Assembly (NCBI GenBank): GCA_951406725.2 | Contig: OX597839.1 | Location: 36,332,001 to 36,396,000 of the forward strand | DNA length: 64,000 nucleotides | Direction of reading: 5' to 3' | DNA from: Octopus vulgaris | Lineage: Eukaryota | Shown: positions 10,526 to 24,436 of the stretch, one piece after another | Layout of the letters: each line of letters opens with the position of its first letter | Numbering within the stretch: the stretch's first letter is position 1 | Position numbers and translations under genes: made by a program | Notes under the pieces: model-generated | Told to the model about the DNA's origin: nothing | The model's input: the letters and a program-made list of their open reading frames with translations, nothing else | The model's database searches: none

Positions 10526-13500
10526 TCGAATTCTGGCCAAATATTGGATTGACATGCCACACAAAGTCATCAGAAGAGGGGGCTGTACCCTGCTGTGATT
10601 CTTGTTGTTGTTGTTGTTGTTGTCATCATCAAAGTTGTCTGCAGACAAACCAATCAGCATCAGCCCAAAATCGATGACAACACACAATATGATATGGAGG
10701 TGATGGGTAAACTCACCAGTAGAATCAGCAGAGAGCTGCTGACTTTCTTGTACCAAATTGTCATGGAGACAATATTAGGTGACCACCACCACCACCACCA
10801 CCACCACTTACAACCAACTCCTCTTCTCTCTGTTCTATATTTACAACCAAACCATGTTCACTGTATTTTGCATACGTTTCATATATCCAGTGGAAAGAAA
10901 AGTTGGCGATGATTTAAAAGGGGAGACGAAGGACAAGAAAAAAAAGATCTAGTGCTGAAATCTGTAAGAGTTTGGTCGCGTGATTATCTCGACGACGATG
11001 TCCCTGTTGATTGCATAACTAGACTTTTATTTTCTCAGTGAAATCCTCATCCAAAGTGATAAACGGACTCAAAGTGTGTTTGTGTGTGAGTTCCGTCTTC
11101 CCAGTGATGACTTTCTATCAATGATACCGCTTCCAAAGATCTTTAAAGGATGAGTACACCATTTAGGAATTAAAAACAAAACAAAAAAAAAAAAAAAGGA
11201 CATTTGTGAATGAGGAATTAGATCCAGACCAACGGGATCTTATATATTATTATTATTAATATTATAATACACAGGAAAACTTCAAAAAAAGCCCTCCCCT
11301 CTTTTAATTTTAAATTTTTTTTTTTTTTTTTTTCAAAAGTGAATTTTTTTTAAACAAACAAAAAAAGCAAAATTTTATTTTATTTATTTAATACTTTCCC
11401 CCCTGCCTCGTTACACACTGACCACCACCCCCTTTATTTAGTGACTCCACCAGGGTTTCAACCAATACTGCTGCTCAAACCCGACCCCCCCCCTCTTGTA
11501 CTGCAAGTCCCAGTCGTTGTGGGGGAGATTAATGACAATAATTACATACATACACTGCTTTATGTGACAAGTCTCTCTATATCTCTCTCTCTCTATATCT
11601 CACTCTCACACTTCGGAGCAGTCTTGTAATAAGGTGAATCATGTAAACAAGGATTTTTTTGCTCTTGGAAGGCAGCTAAATCTTTCTTCACACTTCTCAA
11701 AACTATTTCTTTCAATAGTTATTTTAAAACCCTTTTTTTTTTTTAACCCTTTCTAGCCCCATTAATAATTTTAGTTCAAATATTTTAATTTTTGTTGGTT
11801 TAATTAATATAATTGAAAGAAAGAGAAGAAAAAAAATGTTTTAAAAACAAAAAAAACCCCAGCCCCTCCACAAGCTATGTATATGTATGTAAAGAGAGAG
11901 TGCCCTGCCAGCCACTCCACCCCCATTTCTAATCAGTTCCTCTTCTTTCTCATCTTCCCTATTATTTTTTTTTTATTTTCTTTTATCAAACTTTTTTTTT
12001 TATTTCATTTCTTGGCATTTTAAAGAATTTTTTTGTTCTCTCTCTGTCTTTCTCCTGCCCCTCAAACTGTTGTATATATTGTAATTAAAATGAGGGGAGT
12101 GGCTGAAGTGATAGTCAAACGACACTGTAGGCTGGCTGAGTGCACCCCACCCCCTTTCTATCACGTGATCTCATTACCCTGCTGCTGGCCAGCTACTGCT
12201 ATTTCTCTCCATAAAAGAAGGACATGCTTCAGAGGATGGCAGTTGGCTCCTGTGGCTATTTAAAAAAAAAAAGAAAGAAGAAAATGAAAATATAAATGGA
12301 TTTGAACAAAAAAAAAATGAAATGAAATGAACATAAAATATAAATAAATGAAATAAAATAATAAAAAAAAACAACTTTTCAAAACACCACTCCCCTCCCT
12401 TGCAACAAGTTTTAATCTCTTTCTCTTCCTTCCGCCAGTGACTAAACAGAGCAATTGTATGGTGGAGGGAGGGACACAGTTTCCTCTCCCTCTCTCTCTT
12501 ATTCCCCCCCCTTCCAAAGCTACAAATTTTCTCTCATTCCCTTTTTTTTTTTTTTTTTTCCAAGTAAAACACCAAAGTTTGGTATTAACGCCTCTCTCTA
12601 CTTTGGGGGCTCAGGTTAGTCCACGATTTCACTCCCCAAACCCCAGCCACCAGGGAAGAGTGAGACGAAACACACAACTGCTTGGTGTTGATCAAAAAAA
12701 AGAAAAAAAGAAGAAAAAAAAAACAAAAAAAAAGGAGGAAAAAAACAAAAATGAAAAATTTCAAAAAAAAAAAAGCAAGAAAAACTAAAAAGTGAAAATT
12801 ATTTTGTTAATGTTGTTGTTGTTGGTCATATATTGTTTATGACTGTAAACAAAGCCAGATGCTTTTAATTTGCGCTTCGGCACGAATGGCATAAACATGG
12901 TCCCATTTGTTATTTTATTTTGATCAGAAACTACCTATCCAAGCAAATAATAATAATAATATAAATAATAATAATAGTTGTAGTAATGATGATGACATTT
13001 TTAGAAAAATGGTAGTCATTCCATGATTCCACTGGTTGCTTGTTATCGACCTCTGTCCAGTTTCTTGGGAGTCCAGAGTTGTGATAGCAAACCAGTGGAC
13101 GAAAGGAAGAAGCAAAGTTGTCTTTCTCATTACAACAGAATTAAGGGAAAAAAAAGAAAATAATAAAAAAAAAAAGAATTCTCTGAAAAAAAGAGAAGGC
13201 CAATGTTTATGTGTGTGTGCGCGTATGAAAGACGGAGAAAGCGCGTGTGCGTGAGTGACCGAGAATTTGTACAAAGATGATGCTATCTTCTGTAAATTAA
13301 ATCCTGTTATATCAGTTACTGTTGGAACCTCTCTGTTTGGACAGGTGCTGCACTTCTTATTGAACCTGACACTCTCTCTCTATCTCTCTGTCTCTCTCTC
13401 TATCCCATCTCTCTTCATTACGCTCAAACCATTTTGGGACCTGTTGGTTGGTGTATAAAAATTGTTGTAAATAGATTTTCAATGTACATCTTGTATATTT

Positions 13501-15010
13501 GTCAACAAACAAGCCTCATTTATGTCATCAGTTGGTTTCTCCTTCATAGAAAAAGTCTTAATTGTTTTTTGCTGCTCTCTGAATAAAGAAGTAAAGCAGA
13601 GCTTGATAAACAACTCTCTCTCCTCTCTCTCTCTCTCTCTGCTCTATCTCTCTCTCTCACCTGCAATAGTTGCATATAGATCTGTGGATTCTTTGCGAGT
13701 AGCAGAGGATGGCAGTGGCGGCTGCGAACTACTGCAGAGGGCTGTGTGTTTGTACATATGGCAGTTTAAGTGTGCGAGCGTGCTGGTGCATGTATGTGTC
13801 TTTGTATGTTAACAAACAAACACACGGACACACACGCACAGACACAGACACACACACTGAAAATTAATAAACAGGAGCTGCCCAAGCGAAATGGAAGTGT
13901 TGAGTGTTTGTGTGTGGCCGGCTGTGTGTGTGTGTGTGTGTGCACAGATCTTGTCACTGACTCTGGGTGTAATTGTTATATGTACAGTTGTGCTGTGTGT
14001 GATGGGTCGCATGGTCTTTGAAAGTGTGATAGTTAGACATGGAAATTTGGAAATTGTGCCGTTGGTTGTATAAAAAAAAAAAGATAACATAAAAATATAA
14101 AAGGTAAAAAAAAAAGCAGGATAGAAGCCATGTAATACTGAATGATGTGGGCGAAATATAAGACCTAGTTAGATTACTTTAAAAAAAAGAAGAAAAATCC
14201 ACCCTTTTAAGTGAAACTCCTCCACCCACCCCATCCACCCATTTTTTTTTTTTTAACCTTCTCTCCCTCTCTCTTGTCCCCCTTCAACATCTACAAGTCT
14301 TTCAATTCTTTGTTGGTTGGTTGATGTTCCTCCGCAGGAGCATAGTGGCTCCTTGATGACTGTTTTTTTTTTTCTCTCTCTCTTGTAAAACTCTCGTTTG
14401 TCGAGTTTCCCAAAACAACAGTCATACAAAGTGAAGGGCCTGCTGATATATTTACGTTCCAACTGTACCCCCCACATCTCTACCTATTTTTTAATCAATT
14501 CATTTGAGAGAAGAAAAAAAAAGAAGAAAACTTTTAAAGAATATTGAAAGCAATTTGTTATTATTAAGTGATAAACTTCTCAAATTGTGTGAATATTACT
14601 CGGTTTACACAACTAAAATATAAGAAACCTCAGACTGAAGTAGAGGAAATACAAGACGTTTTTCATTTTTCTTTTTTTTTTTCTTAGGTGAATTCCCCTT
14701 CCACCCCTTCCTGTGTCTTAATTTTTCAAATTTTCTTTTATTTTTTAAAAAATCCTTATCTCCCCCCTTCCCCCCTTACTGATCTCTGTTTCTGAATTAA
14801 AAAAAAAAATTTTTTTTTTTTTCTGGTTCTTCTCCCCTCTTTCTGCCTCATGTTTCTTTATTCTCAACATGAGCCTGGCCGGAATTGGTTTTTAACTTGC
14901 CGCGCTTCCAATGCCCGGTTCCAATTGCTATCCTATAGTCTTCGCTCATTCTTGGCTTGTTTAAAAAAAAGAAAAAAATAATAAAATAAAAATGAATTGT
15001 ACTGCACATT
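10526..15010 (+). other. spen: Putative long spen 3' UTR (~4.5 kb)
   Basis: Follows the stop codon, has homopolymer A/T tracts and no recognisable SINEs, and has tandem AATAAA at 14980-14990. The end position is inferred. Confidence 0.55.
14980..14990 (+). terminator. Candidate polyadenylation signal (overlapping AATAAA x2) for spen
   Basis: AATAAAATAAA followed about 70 nt later by T/GT-rich sequence. Other AATAAA hexamers occur upstream, so the assignment is uncertain. Confidence 0.4.
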
Positions 15011-15625
15011 TCATAACAACTGTCCATGTCAAAGTAAAAAAAAAAAAAAAAAAAAATGATGAGTTTGTTATTTTTTTTTTTTTATGTGTGTATGTAATAT
15101 TACCTGTTTCGATATGTAAATCTGTTTCGGAGTCATCTTACTGGGTAAATTGCTCCTGTGTGTCTTTTATGTCAAATCTCTGATGAAGAATATTTTGGCC
15201 AGATTTACAAAATTGTTCAGCATCTTTTTAACTACTAAATCTTTCCTTTCTCCACATTCCATTTACAGTCGGTTCAAACTACATCTGCTAAGGGGTGCCG
15301 TAACTTTGTGAATGTTGTCTCCAGTGTAAACTTCTATGTTGTGTAGGTAAATCTAGTCAGTTTAGCAGATGGGAACTGCTCCCGACAGGTAGGAAAATGT
15401 TAACCTGGTCCAAGGAAGGACTAAAATTCAGTTCTGTTTGCTAGCATTTCCTTAATCCTTTTATCATATTTCTCTTGAAATCCATTGACTTTGTTTTTAT
15501 TTTGAATATTATGAAAAATTTAGTAAAAAATAACTCATTATTAATCTGATGTCTCGAACAAATTTACATGAAACTTTGATGGAAGGTTGAAATTTAGATC
15601 ACTTTATCATTATTAAGCTAGAATA

Positions 15626-15788
15626 GGCGCAGGTGTGGCTGTGTGGTAAGTAGCTTGCTTACCAACCACACAGTTCCAGGTTCAGTCCCACTGCGTGGCA
15701 CCTTGGGCAAGTATCTTCTACTATAGCCTCGGGCCGACCAAAGCCTTGTGAGTGGATTTGGTAGACGGAAACTGAAAGAAGCCTGTCG

Positions 15789-15821
<33 letters not shown>

Positions 15822-16392
15822 AGGCGCAATGGCCCAGTGGTTAGGGCAGCGGACTCGCGGTTTCGATTCCCAGACCGGGCATTGTGAGTGTTTATTGAGC
15901 GAAAACACCTAAAGCTTCACAAGGCTCCTGCAGGGGGTGAACCCTGCTGTACTCTTTCACCACAACTTTCTCTCACTCTTTCTTCCTGTTTCTGTTGTAC
16001 CTATTTCAAAGGGCCAGCCTTGTCACACTCTGCGTCACGCTGAATCTCCTCGAGAACTACGTTAAGGGTACACGTGTCTGTGGAATGCTCAGCCACTTGC
16101 ACGTTAATTCCACGAGCAAGCTGTTCCGTTGATCGTATCAGCTGGGATCCTCATCGTCGTAACCGATGGAGTGCTCCTATATATGTGTGTCTGTGTTTGT
16201 CTCCCCAACATCGCTTGACAACCGATGCTGGTGTGTTTATGTCCCCGTCACTTAACGGTTCGGCAAAAGAGACCGATAGGATAAGTACTAGGCTTACAAA
16301 GAATAAGTCCTGAGGTCGATTTGCTCGACTAAAAAGGCGGTGCTCCAGCATGGCCGCAGTCAAATGACTGAAACAAGTAAAAGAGAAAGAGA
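15626..16392 (+). mobile_element. Family-A SINE with a family-C SINE (15823-16177) nested in its central microsatellite
   Basis: Family-A 5' half 15626-15790, (TA)/(TG), family-C ggcgcaatggcccagtggttagggc..., then family-A 3' half 16178-16392. Confidence 0.88.
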
Positions 16393-17181
16393 ATAAATTA
16401 ACATCTAAAATTTGTAAGTTTTAATTTAAATCATTTCAGAAGTTGCTATGATCAAACTATGAGTAGTATCAAGCATTTTGCTATAAAAAGAATTAAACAA
16501 CAAACTTGACTTTTATATACATTTAACTATTTACATTTGAATGGAAGCAATCCAGTGAAAGTGGACCTCCTGTGTACTTAATCACAATTTATTTCATTAA
16601 TTATTGACCAGTTTTCGCAGATATTTCTTTTATTATTACACTGATAATTGTAGATTTTACAAAAGTTTCAGTGTTTATAGTCTTAGTGTTCAGTTGGCAA
16701 AGTGCAAGAGGCAGAAATATGCATTCACCATTGTCACTGATATTCCTGGATGGTTTTCATCTGATACATGATGTATCTGTGCTTCATCCATAAAAGGCAG
16801 CCCTGGATGAATAATACTGCAGTTAATTGGCCTTTTTGTGAAGTAGACGGATGATTATTGTAATCTAATACTGCTTTTGTTGCATATAACACACACGCAT
16901 ATGCATATATATATATATGTGTGTGTGTAGGATTGCGGTTTCGATTCCCAGATCGGGTGTTGTGAGTGTTTATTGAGCGAAAACACCTAAAGCTCCACGA
17001 AGTTCCGGCAGGGTGGTGGTGGCAATCCCTGCTGTACTCTTTCGCCACAACTTTCTCTCACTCTTTCTTCTGTTGGCCTGCTCGCTTAGCCAGCGGGGTG
17101 GTGTCATTTAAGGGCTAAAACAATGCGAAACGCATTGTGATCAGTGATGTGTAGCAACATCTGATAGCCTGGTCGGTCACG

Positions 17182-17215
<34 letters not shown>

Positions 17216-17220
<5 letters not shown>

Positions 17221-17495
17221 ATGATGGCCATCCACTCGTGACCTAGGAAGACCATTGCTGACCTTCAGGAACATTGTGCGCTCTAGGACTAACTTATATT
17301 TTGCATTTGCGGCTCCGTTGGTGGCTAACGAGCCCTGCTCTTGATAAGCATACACGACTGCAAACATTGCAGACCAAGCTTTCCCCATTCACTATACGAG
17401 CCGTGCACTTTCGCGCAGCTCGCTTAAGTTCTTCATGCTGGATACGTGCTCTCTCAAAAGTGTCGGTCCCCTCCTTAACCTGCTTCATCCATCCT
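17216..17495 (-). mobile_element. 3' end of a second RTE-type LINE with a C-terminal C2H2 zinc finger
   Basis: ORF 17294..17488 ...LVCNVCSRVCLSRAGLVSHQRS, short 3' UTR, (CAT)n tail abutting (TA)n. Confidence 0.8.
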
Positions 17496-17575
17496 ACATA
17501 AATATTTTTATAAACAAAGCCAAAAGGCTTTACGAGTTAAGGAGAGAAAGCTACTATGGAAGGCTCATTGTATCA

Positions 17576-18030
17576 CTGTATATAACATATTGATATTTAT
17601 TCCCCGATTTGAAGTGACAATTTTTAAATATAAACAAATGACTGAAAAGTGATGAGCTAACCTCAGGCAGAATCGAACTCCCAAATCGATGCTTTCATGG
17701 CTCCTTGCAAATCTGATTGGCCAAATGCCCACCCATCAATTTCAGTCAAATTTACTTAAACTGTGTTGATACTACATGAATGATATTTTTATAAACAAAC
17801 CCCAAAAGGCTTTGCAAGTTATGGGGAGAAAGCTACTATGCAAGGCTCATAGTATAATAACTGAAATTGATGGGTGAGTGTTTGGGTATTCAGATTCGCA
17901 AGGAGCCATGAAAGTGTTGATTTGTGAGTTCAACTCTGCTTGAGGTTAAGTCGTTTTTTCAGTCATTTCTTTATATTTAAAAATTGTTGCTTCAAATTGG
18001 AGAATAGATATCATTATGACATATATACAG
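17576..18030. mobile_element. Foldback element with ~170-bp diverged inverted arms
   Basis: 17576-17746 (ctgtatata...aatttcagt) is the reverse complement of ~17860-18030 (actgaaatt...tatatacag). Confidence 0.78.
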
Positions 18031-20601
18031 TTCTGATATATATATATATATGTGTGTGTGTGTGTCAAAGAAGTGCAGGCTGTGTATACCTGAAGGAACA
18101 CTCGTCCGTATTAGATCAAAGAACTGCACCTACCTTCTGAACGGGCCAGACTTTTTCTTATATAAATGAATGCATCTTCACTTACACGACTACCTCTATG
18201 TAAAGTATCTTATTTTTGGCATTGTGTTGACACAACGAACTTAAAATACCTCAGATATTCAACCGGTAACAGTTTTACTGGATAAAGGGAAATAACCCAT
18301 CTCCCAATTATTTCCCTTCCCATTAGATACTTTTTCTTAATTTTTCTCTCAGTTTGCCCCCTGTTTCTTCAGAGTAAGCCAAGTTTTATGAACCTGATCG
18401 ATTGTAGAATAATGCATGCTACACTCTTCAAACTCATACGAACACTGCACTATTCAAAGGGTGAAGTTAGATGCCGCTTGTGCATGAATTTTTGAGGCTG
18501 TGTGGTTAAAACATTTACTCCTTATGATAGCAATATTCCTGAAACTGGCCTTGTGTGGTTCTGTGATACAAATTTCCCCATTTTAAAGGAATCGTAGATT
18601 TAGACCTTCCATCAGAGTTTCATGCTAAGTTATGTTTCAAACATCAGATTAACGGTGACAAATCGATCTTACACTTTTTTTTTTTTTCAAAATTAACAAA
18701 AGAAAAGGCAGTGTATGGCAACCAACAGTTAGTGTTTGCATTCCAAACCAACTTAGACATCTATTGCCTGTCAGAAGCAGTTTATTTCTGCTAAACTAAC
18801 ATAGTGTGTGTGTGTGTATTATGGGAGACCTGATAAAACATGAGTTGCAGCTTATGTTATTTGTTCACTGCATACATCTCATTCTTGCAATTACCTGCAT
18901 CCTCTACTGAAGGTGTTCCTAATGTAAATGAATGTTTAACCTCTACAGTTTGTCAGGTGAACACGTTATTGCATTATGTTACACAGATTAATTGCTACTG
19001 GAATTAGACTGGAGGATCACATCCACTCAGTGTTTCTCAGCCCCCATCCCCTGTTTTTTTTCCTATGGACCCCTTTTGATTTCCTATTTTACTCAGATGG
19101 ACCCTTGTAGCCATTCATCATCATCATCATCATTGTCCGTTTTCCATGCTAGCATGGGTTGGACGGTTTAACTGGGGTCTGTGAAGCCGGAAGGCTTCAT
19201 CAAGCCCAGTCAGATTTGGCAGTGTTTCTACGGCTGGATGCCCTTCCTAACGCCAACCACTCCGTGAGTGTAGTGGGTGCTTTTTGCTTTTTCAATGTTT
19301 AAAAAATCCTACAATATGTTTATAATTAAATATTGTTAGGAATTGTATAGAAAAATTAATATATTTTGTGTATTGCAGCAGTTTATTTGCACATAATCAT
19401 CATCATCGTTATAACGTCCGCTTTCCATGCTAGCATGGGTTGGATGACTTGTCTGAGGACTGGCAAACCAGATGGTTGTACCAGGCTCCAATCTTGATTT
19501 GGCAGAGTTTCTACAGCTGGATGCCCTTCCTAATGCCAACCAGTCCAAGAGTGTAGTGGGTGCTTTTACGTGCCAGTCAGGCGGTACTGGCAATAGCCAC
19601 GCTCAAATGGTGCTTTTTATGTGCCACATGCACAGGAGCCAGTCCAGCGGCACTGGCAACGGCCTCGCTCGAATGTTTTCTTCATGTGCCGCCAGCACAA
19701 GTGCTAGTAAGTCAACGCAGGTAATGATCAAGCTCGAATGGTGCTTTTTACGTACCACCAGCACGGAGGCCAGTTCGCTGCTCTGGCAACAATTACGCTC
19801 GGATGGTAAGTTTTAACTGAATCATATACGGACCCTGCTTGAGAACCACTGCACTATGTGGGTCCCTAAACTCACCAGTTGCAGTCATACATCTAACTGT
19901 ACACACAACATCATACTATATATCATATACATATTCAAATGCTCATAAGTTAAAAACTTTAATGGAGTTTCTTTATCACTCGATGCTGTAGAAGAAACGT
20001 TTGCCAACTTACTACAACAAACAGGTTGCCCTCACCTTTACTGATTTTACTGAAAGGTAGGCGCGGGCATGGCTGTGTGGTTAGGGAGCTTGCTTCCTAG
20101 ATACATGGTTTCGGGTTCAGTCCCCCTGCGTGACACTTTGGGTAGGTGTCTTCCGCTATAGCCCTGAACTGACCGGAGCTTTGTGATTGAATTCGGTAGG
20201 CGGAAGTTACTGCCGTGCGTGTAGGTGTTTGTGCCTCTCCGAAAGAGAGAGAGAGTAAATATTCATAACTTATTACACCCCACTCCCTTCAGTTTAGGGA
20301 ATTTACTTTGTGAGTTACTTGGTGACATCACTGGGGCTGGTACCACATTATAAAGAATCTCGTACACTTTGGCATAGCTTCTCCAGTTGGATGTTCGTCC
20401 GAACCCCAACCATTTTATAAAGTAGATAATGGAGATTGAGCCAGTCGTTTAGCTCACCAGCATCAAAAACTGATGTTAAATGCTGATGATTTTGAAGAAC
20501 TTTGTGACTTTGGTACATACAAGACTTGCAAGTTGATAAGAGCATTACAACATACAGGTTAGAAATTCAAGTTGCTAATTTCAGTCCAATCTTTCATTTA
20601 A

Positions 20602-20821
20602 CCCTTTCGTTACCAACCCGGCTGAAACTGGCTCAGGCTCTGGGTACAAATGTCCTGTTTTCATAAGTTTTTAATTAAAATCTTCCACCAAACCTTAGTC
20701 ACAATTAATGTTCCTAACACTAACTGAATGATAACTAAGTTATTTTACTAAATTCTTCATTAGATTTAAAATAATTGGGAGAAACACAGAGTATCTCAAA
20801 ATAAATACAGTTACGAAAGGG
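20602..20821. mobile_element. piggyBac-like MITE (TTAA TSD); inverted copy at 52356-52574
   Basis: TTAA-CCCTTTCGT...ACGAAAGGG-TTAA. Confidence 0.88.
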
Positions 20822-21155
20822 TTAATATCCCATTAGATGGGAATTCCTTTATTCCTTGTTTAGATGGGTTGGGCAATTTTACTGTTTCAAGGACTGCATC
20901 ATGCTCCACTACTTTCAGATGGTTTCTGCGGCTTGATACCATTCTTAAGGCCAACCACTTCACGGCACTAGCATATAGTGTGGTCACTGTGCCTCTTGCA
21001 AAAAACATACAACCCTCGGGAGAGATTTATTCTAGGAAATGAGGGGTTAACTGGCCAATACAAGTAAACAAACCAACTCCAAAACTCTTCCACCTATTCC
21101 ATTTCTCACACTGCAGGCTCCCTCAAATCCCCTCCAGCCAAAACTTATTCTAGTC

Positions 21156-21358
21156 CAGTGCTTTTCAACCTTTTTGCTAAGGCGGAACCCCAAGGAAACA
21201 TTCCACTGGCTCGAGGAACCCCTGTGCAATAATTTAATTGTCTTATATGCACACATATCTGCACAGGAGAATTAAAAATTACTGTCGATTTTAGCAGTTT
21301 TGTAACTTCTTGTGGAACCCCTGGACTGTACTGGCGGAACCCTGGTTGGAAACCACTG
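21156..21358. mobile_element. hAT-like MITE
   Basis: TIR CAGTGCTTTTCAACC / GGTTGGAAACCACTG, internal ggaaccc repeats, imperfect TSD tctagtc/tttagtc. Confidence 0.8.
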
Positions 21359-24077
21359 TTTAGTCAATCTGTGGGACTTATCTCAAGATTTCTGCTATGA
21401 CCTCTCCTACTGAAAGTTACACCATCGACCATTCACTCACCATACTGAATAGAATTTTTTAAATGGGTTTGATCAAGTGTCTGCTATTATCGCTGGAGGC
21501 CAACCAAGGCATTTGGTAGACAGAAACTGAAAGCCCGTTATGTTTGACTCGGTGTTATCTTGTCTTAATACCACATGATAAACTAGTATCACCATCATAC
21601 AAGGACTATCCTTCCATTTGAAACCAGCTGTTAAAAAGCTACTTCAAGAAATTTTATTCGATCCAAGGAAACATGGAACGGTAGCCATTAAAAGAATGGG
21701 GATATATATATATATATACACAGGAGTGGCTGTGTGGTAAGTAGCTTGCTTACCAACCACATGGTTCCGGGTTCAGTCCCACTGCATGGCACCTACTATA
21801 GCCTCGGGCCGACCAAAGCCGTGTGAGTGGATTTGGTAGACGGAAACTGAAAGAAGCCTGTCGTATATATGTGTATATATATATATATATGTTTGTGTGT
21901 CTGTCCCTCTAGCATTGCTTGACAACCGATGCTGGCGTGTTTATGTCCCCGTCACTTAGCGGTTCGGCAAAAGAGACCGATAGAATAAGTACTGGGCTTA
22001 CAAAGAATAAGTCCCGGGGTCGGGTTGCTCAACTAAAGGCGGTGCTCCAGCATGGCCGCAGTCAAATGACTGAAACAAGTAAAAGAGTATATATATATAT
22101 AGGTTCTGCCCTAGTGACACCTAGGAATCCTGTAACCTTTGTTGGCGTTCTTCATAAAATGTAGCAAAGAATTCTTGTTAAACAAAGTTTCCTTTGTTAA
22201 TAAGCATGAAATTTAAATGTAAATTAAAGCCTTATAGTTTGAAAAGAAATTTCCACATGTGTTTACAAGAACAATCGAAAACTTGGTACACGACACGATG
22301 AGGTATTTTTAATTGCTAATAATTAATTAAAATATAATTTGCTGTTAATGATGCCGCTTGACAAGGGAGGCAACTTTAAAAAGAAAAAAAGTATAATTTC
22401 CCCTTCTAATGGACAGTTTATACGATATATTCTCTTTTGCATGTCTTTGTCGTTAGTCTACGGCCATGCTGTAGCACCGCTTTGAACGATTTTAGTCGAA
22501 CAAATCGACCCTGGTACTTTTTTCTTGAAGTCTGATAATTTACATCGGTTTGTTTTGCTGAACTGCTGTGTTACAGTGACGTAAACAAACCAGTGCTGAT
22601 GATCAAGTTGTGGGAAGGGCACACGATGGGCTTCCGCACAGTTTCCATCAATCAAAGTCGCTCACAAGCCATTAGTCAGCCAAAATGGATATCGTAATGC
22701 CTTTTCGTTTACAGCTAAACCCGCCAACCAATTGCCCCAGAGAGACGTTGACATTTCTGAAGAAGAAAACTGGAATAAATTGGGATTAAATAACCAAACT
22801 ACAGATAAACCAACGGCATTTTTGATCTCCAGCTGATGCCTTTGGGAAAGTAAGGGAAGCACTCCGTCGGTTACGACGACGAGGGTTCCGGTTGATCCGA
22901 ATCAACGGAACAGCCTGCTCGTGAAATTAACGTGTAAGTGGCTGAGCACTCCACAGACACGTGCACCCTTAACGTAGTTCTCGGGGATATTCAGCGTGAC
23001 ACGGAGAGTGACAAGGCCGGCCCTTTGAAATACAGGTACAACAGAAACAGGAAGTAAGAGTGAGAGAAAGTTGTGGTGAAAGAATACAGCAGGGATCACC
23101 ACCATCCCCTGCCGGAGCCTCGTGGAGCTTTTAGGTGTTTTCACTCAATAGACACTCACAACGCCCGGGAAAGTATAATAGCCACGACTCAAGTAAAACA
23201 CTTGTCTCGTATCTTTTCGAATTATAAAAGATTTAGGAGCATCTGGAAACGTACAAGATCGATGAAAGCGGGGGAAACTCTTTTTATTTGTCGCAGTCGT
23301 TTGACTGCGGCCATGCTGGAGCAACACCTTTAGTCGAGCATATCGACCCCAGGACTCATTCTTTGTAAGCTTGATATTTATTCTATCAGGCTCTTTTGCC
23401 GAGCCACTAAGTTACGCGGACGTAAACGCACCAGCATCAGTTTCAAGCGATGTTGGGGGGACAAACATATAGATGGGCTTCTTTCAGTTTCTTATTTCTT
23501 TACTGCCCACAATGGGCTACACACACAGGGGACAAACAAGGACAAAGGGATTAAGTCGATTATATCGACCCCAGTGCGTAACTGGTACTTATTTAATCAA
23601 CCCCGAAAGGATGAAAGGCAAAGTTGAACTCGATGAAAAATAAATGAATCTAAACATTTTTTTCCAAACTTATTTCCATTAGACTCAAGCAAAAAAATCA
23701 TTTATGAATTTTTTCTCTCTTCGAAAGTCCTCTCCCCACCCCTCGGGAAAAAAAAGCAATATGGAAACAGCCGAATTTCATTAAAAGATATCCACCCCCT
23801 CGGAAAAAGTTTTCCCTACAAATTTCTTTATAATCGTAATCGATGCTGTTCGAAAGGTATTGATATAAAATTTCATTAAAAGATATCCATTTTCCTAAAA
23901 GTTATGAGGGAAAAAATCGGATCTTGTGAATTTTCCAAAAGTCCTTTCCCCACTCTTCGGGTTCGTTTGCGCAAATTGCTTTCATATTCGTTTAATACAT
24001 ATTTCTAACACCTATTACACTTTTGTTTTGGCGACCGGGAGTTAAAGTAAACATTAACCAATTTGTGTATATATATC

Positions 24078-24343
24078 GGGACCCCCTTCTGTCACGACAC
24101 TGACCATGGGATTGCACCTAGAAAGTTACCCTCCTAGTCACAAGTCTGGGCAAGGTGGTTTATGGAAGACCAGCAGTCGCCCATGCATACCGGTCTCCCC
24201 TCTCCACGCCACCAGTGTTATCCAAGGGAAAGGTCGATACAGCTTGGCACCTGTGACGTCGCAACTCATTCCTACAGCTGAGTGAACTGGGGCAACGTAA
24301 AATAAAGTGTCTTGCTCAAGAACACAACACGCAGCCCGGTCCG
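24078..24343 (-). mobile_element. 5'-truncated CORE-SINE (family E) lacking its tRNA head, fused to the TFIIA fragment
   Basis: CORE-like gtgttgtgttcttgagcaagacactt on -. The tail matches 29641-29688. Related head-bearing copies are at ~54480-54575. Confidence 0.8.
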
Positions 24344-24436
24344 TTTTTCTCAGAAATGCTACTGCGGGTCCTGTTCTTTGGTCCAGCATCTCTAAGTAGT
24401 TCACTTTCATTTGTTGACAACTGACCAACAGGGTCA
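24342..24436 (-). pseudogene. 95-bp duplicate of TFIIA-like coding sequence (source 26402-26496)
   Basis: Ungapped alignment at offset 2060, 6 mismatches in 95 bp, same orientation as the gene. Confidence 0.93.

Noticed and set aside
15180-15200. CTGATGA heptamers (also 22597, 36331, 51565, 58289) as hammerhead cores or C/D boxes
   Set aside because: No stem II plus GAAA, or terminal stem, in the right spacing; 51565 is a SINE variant.
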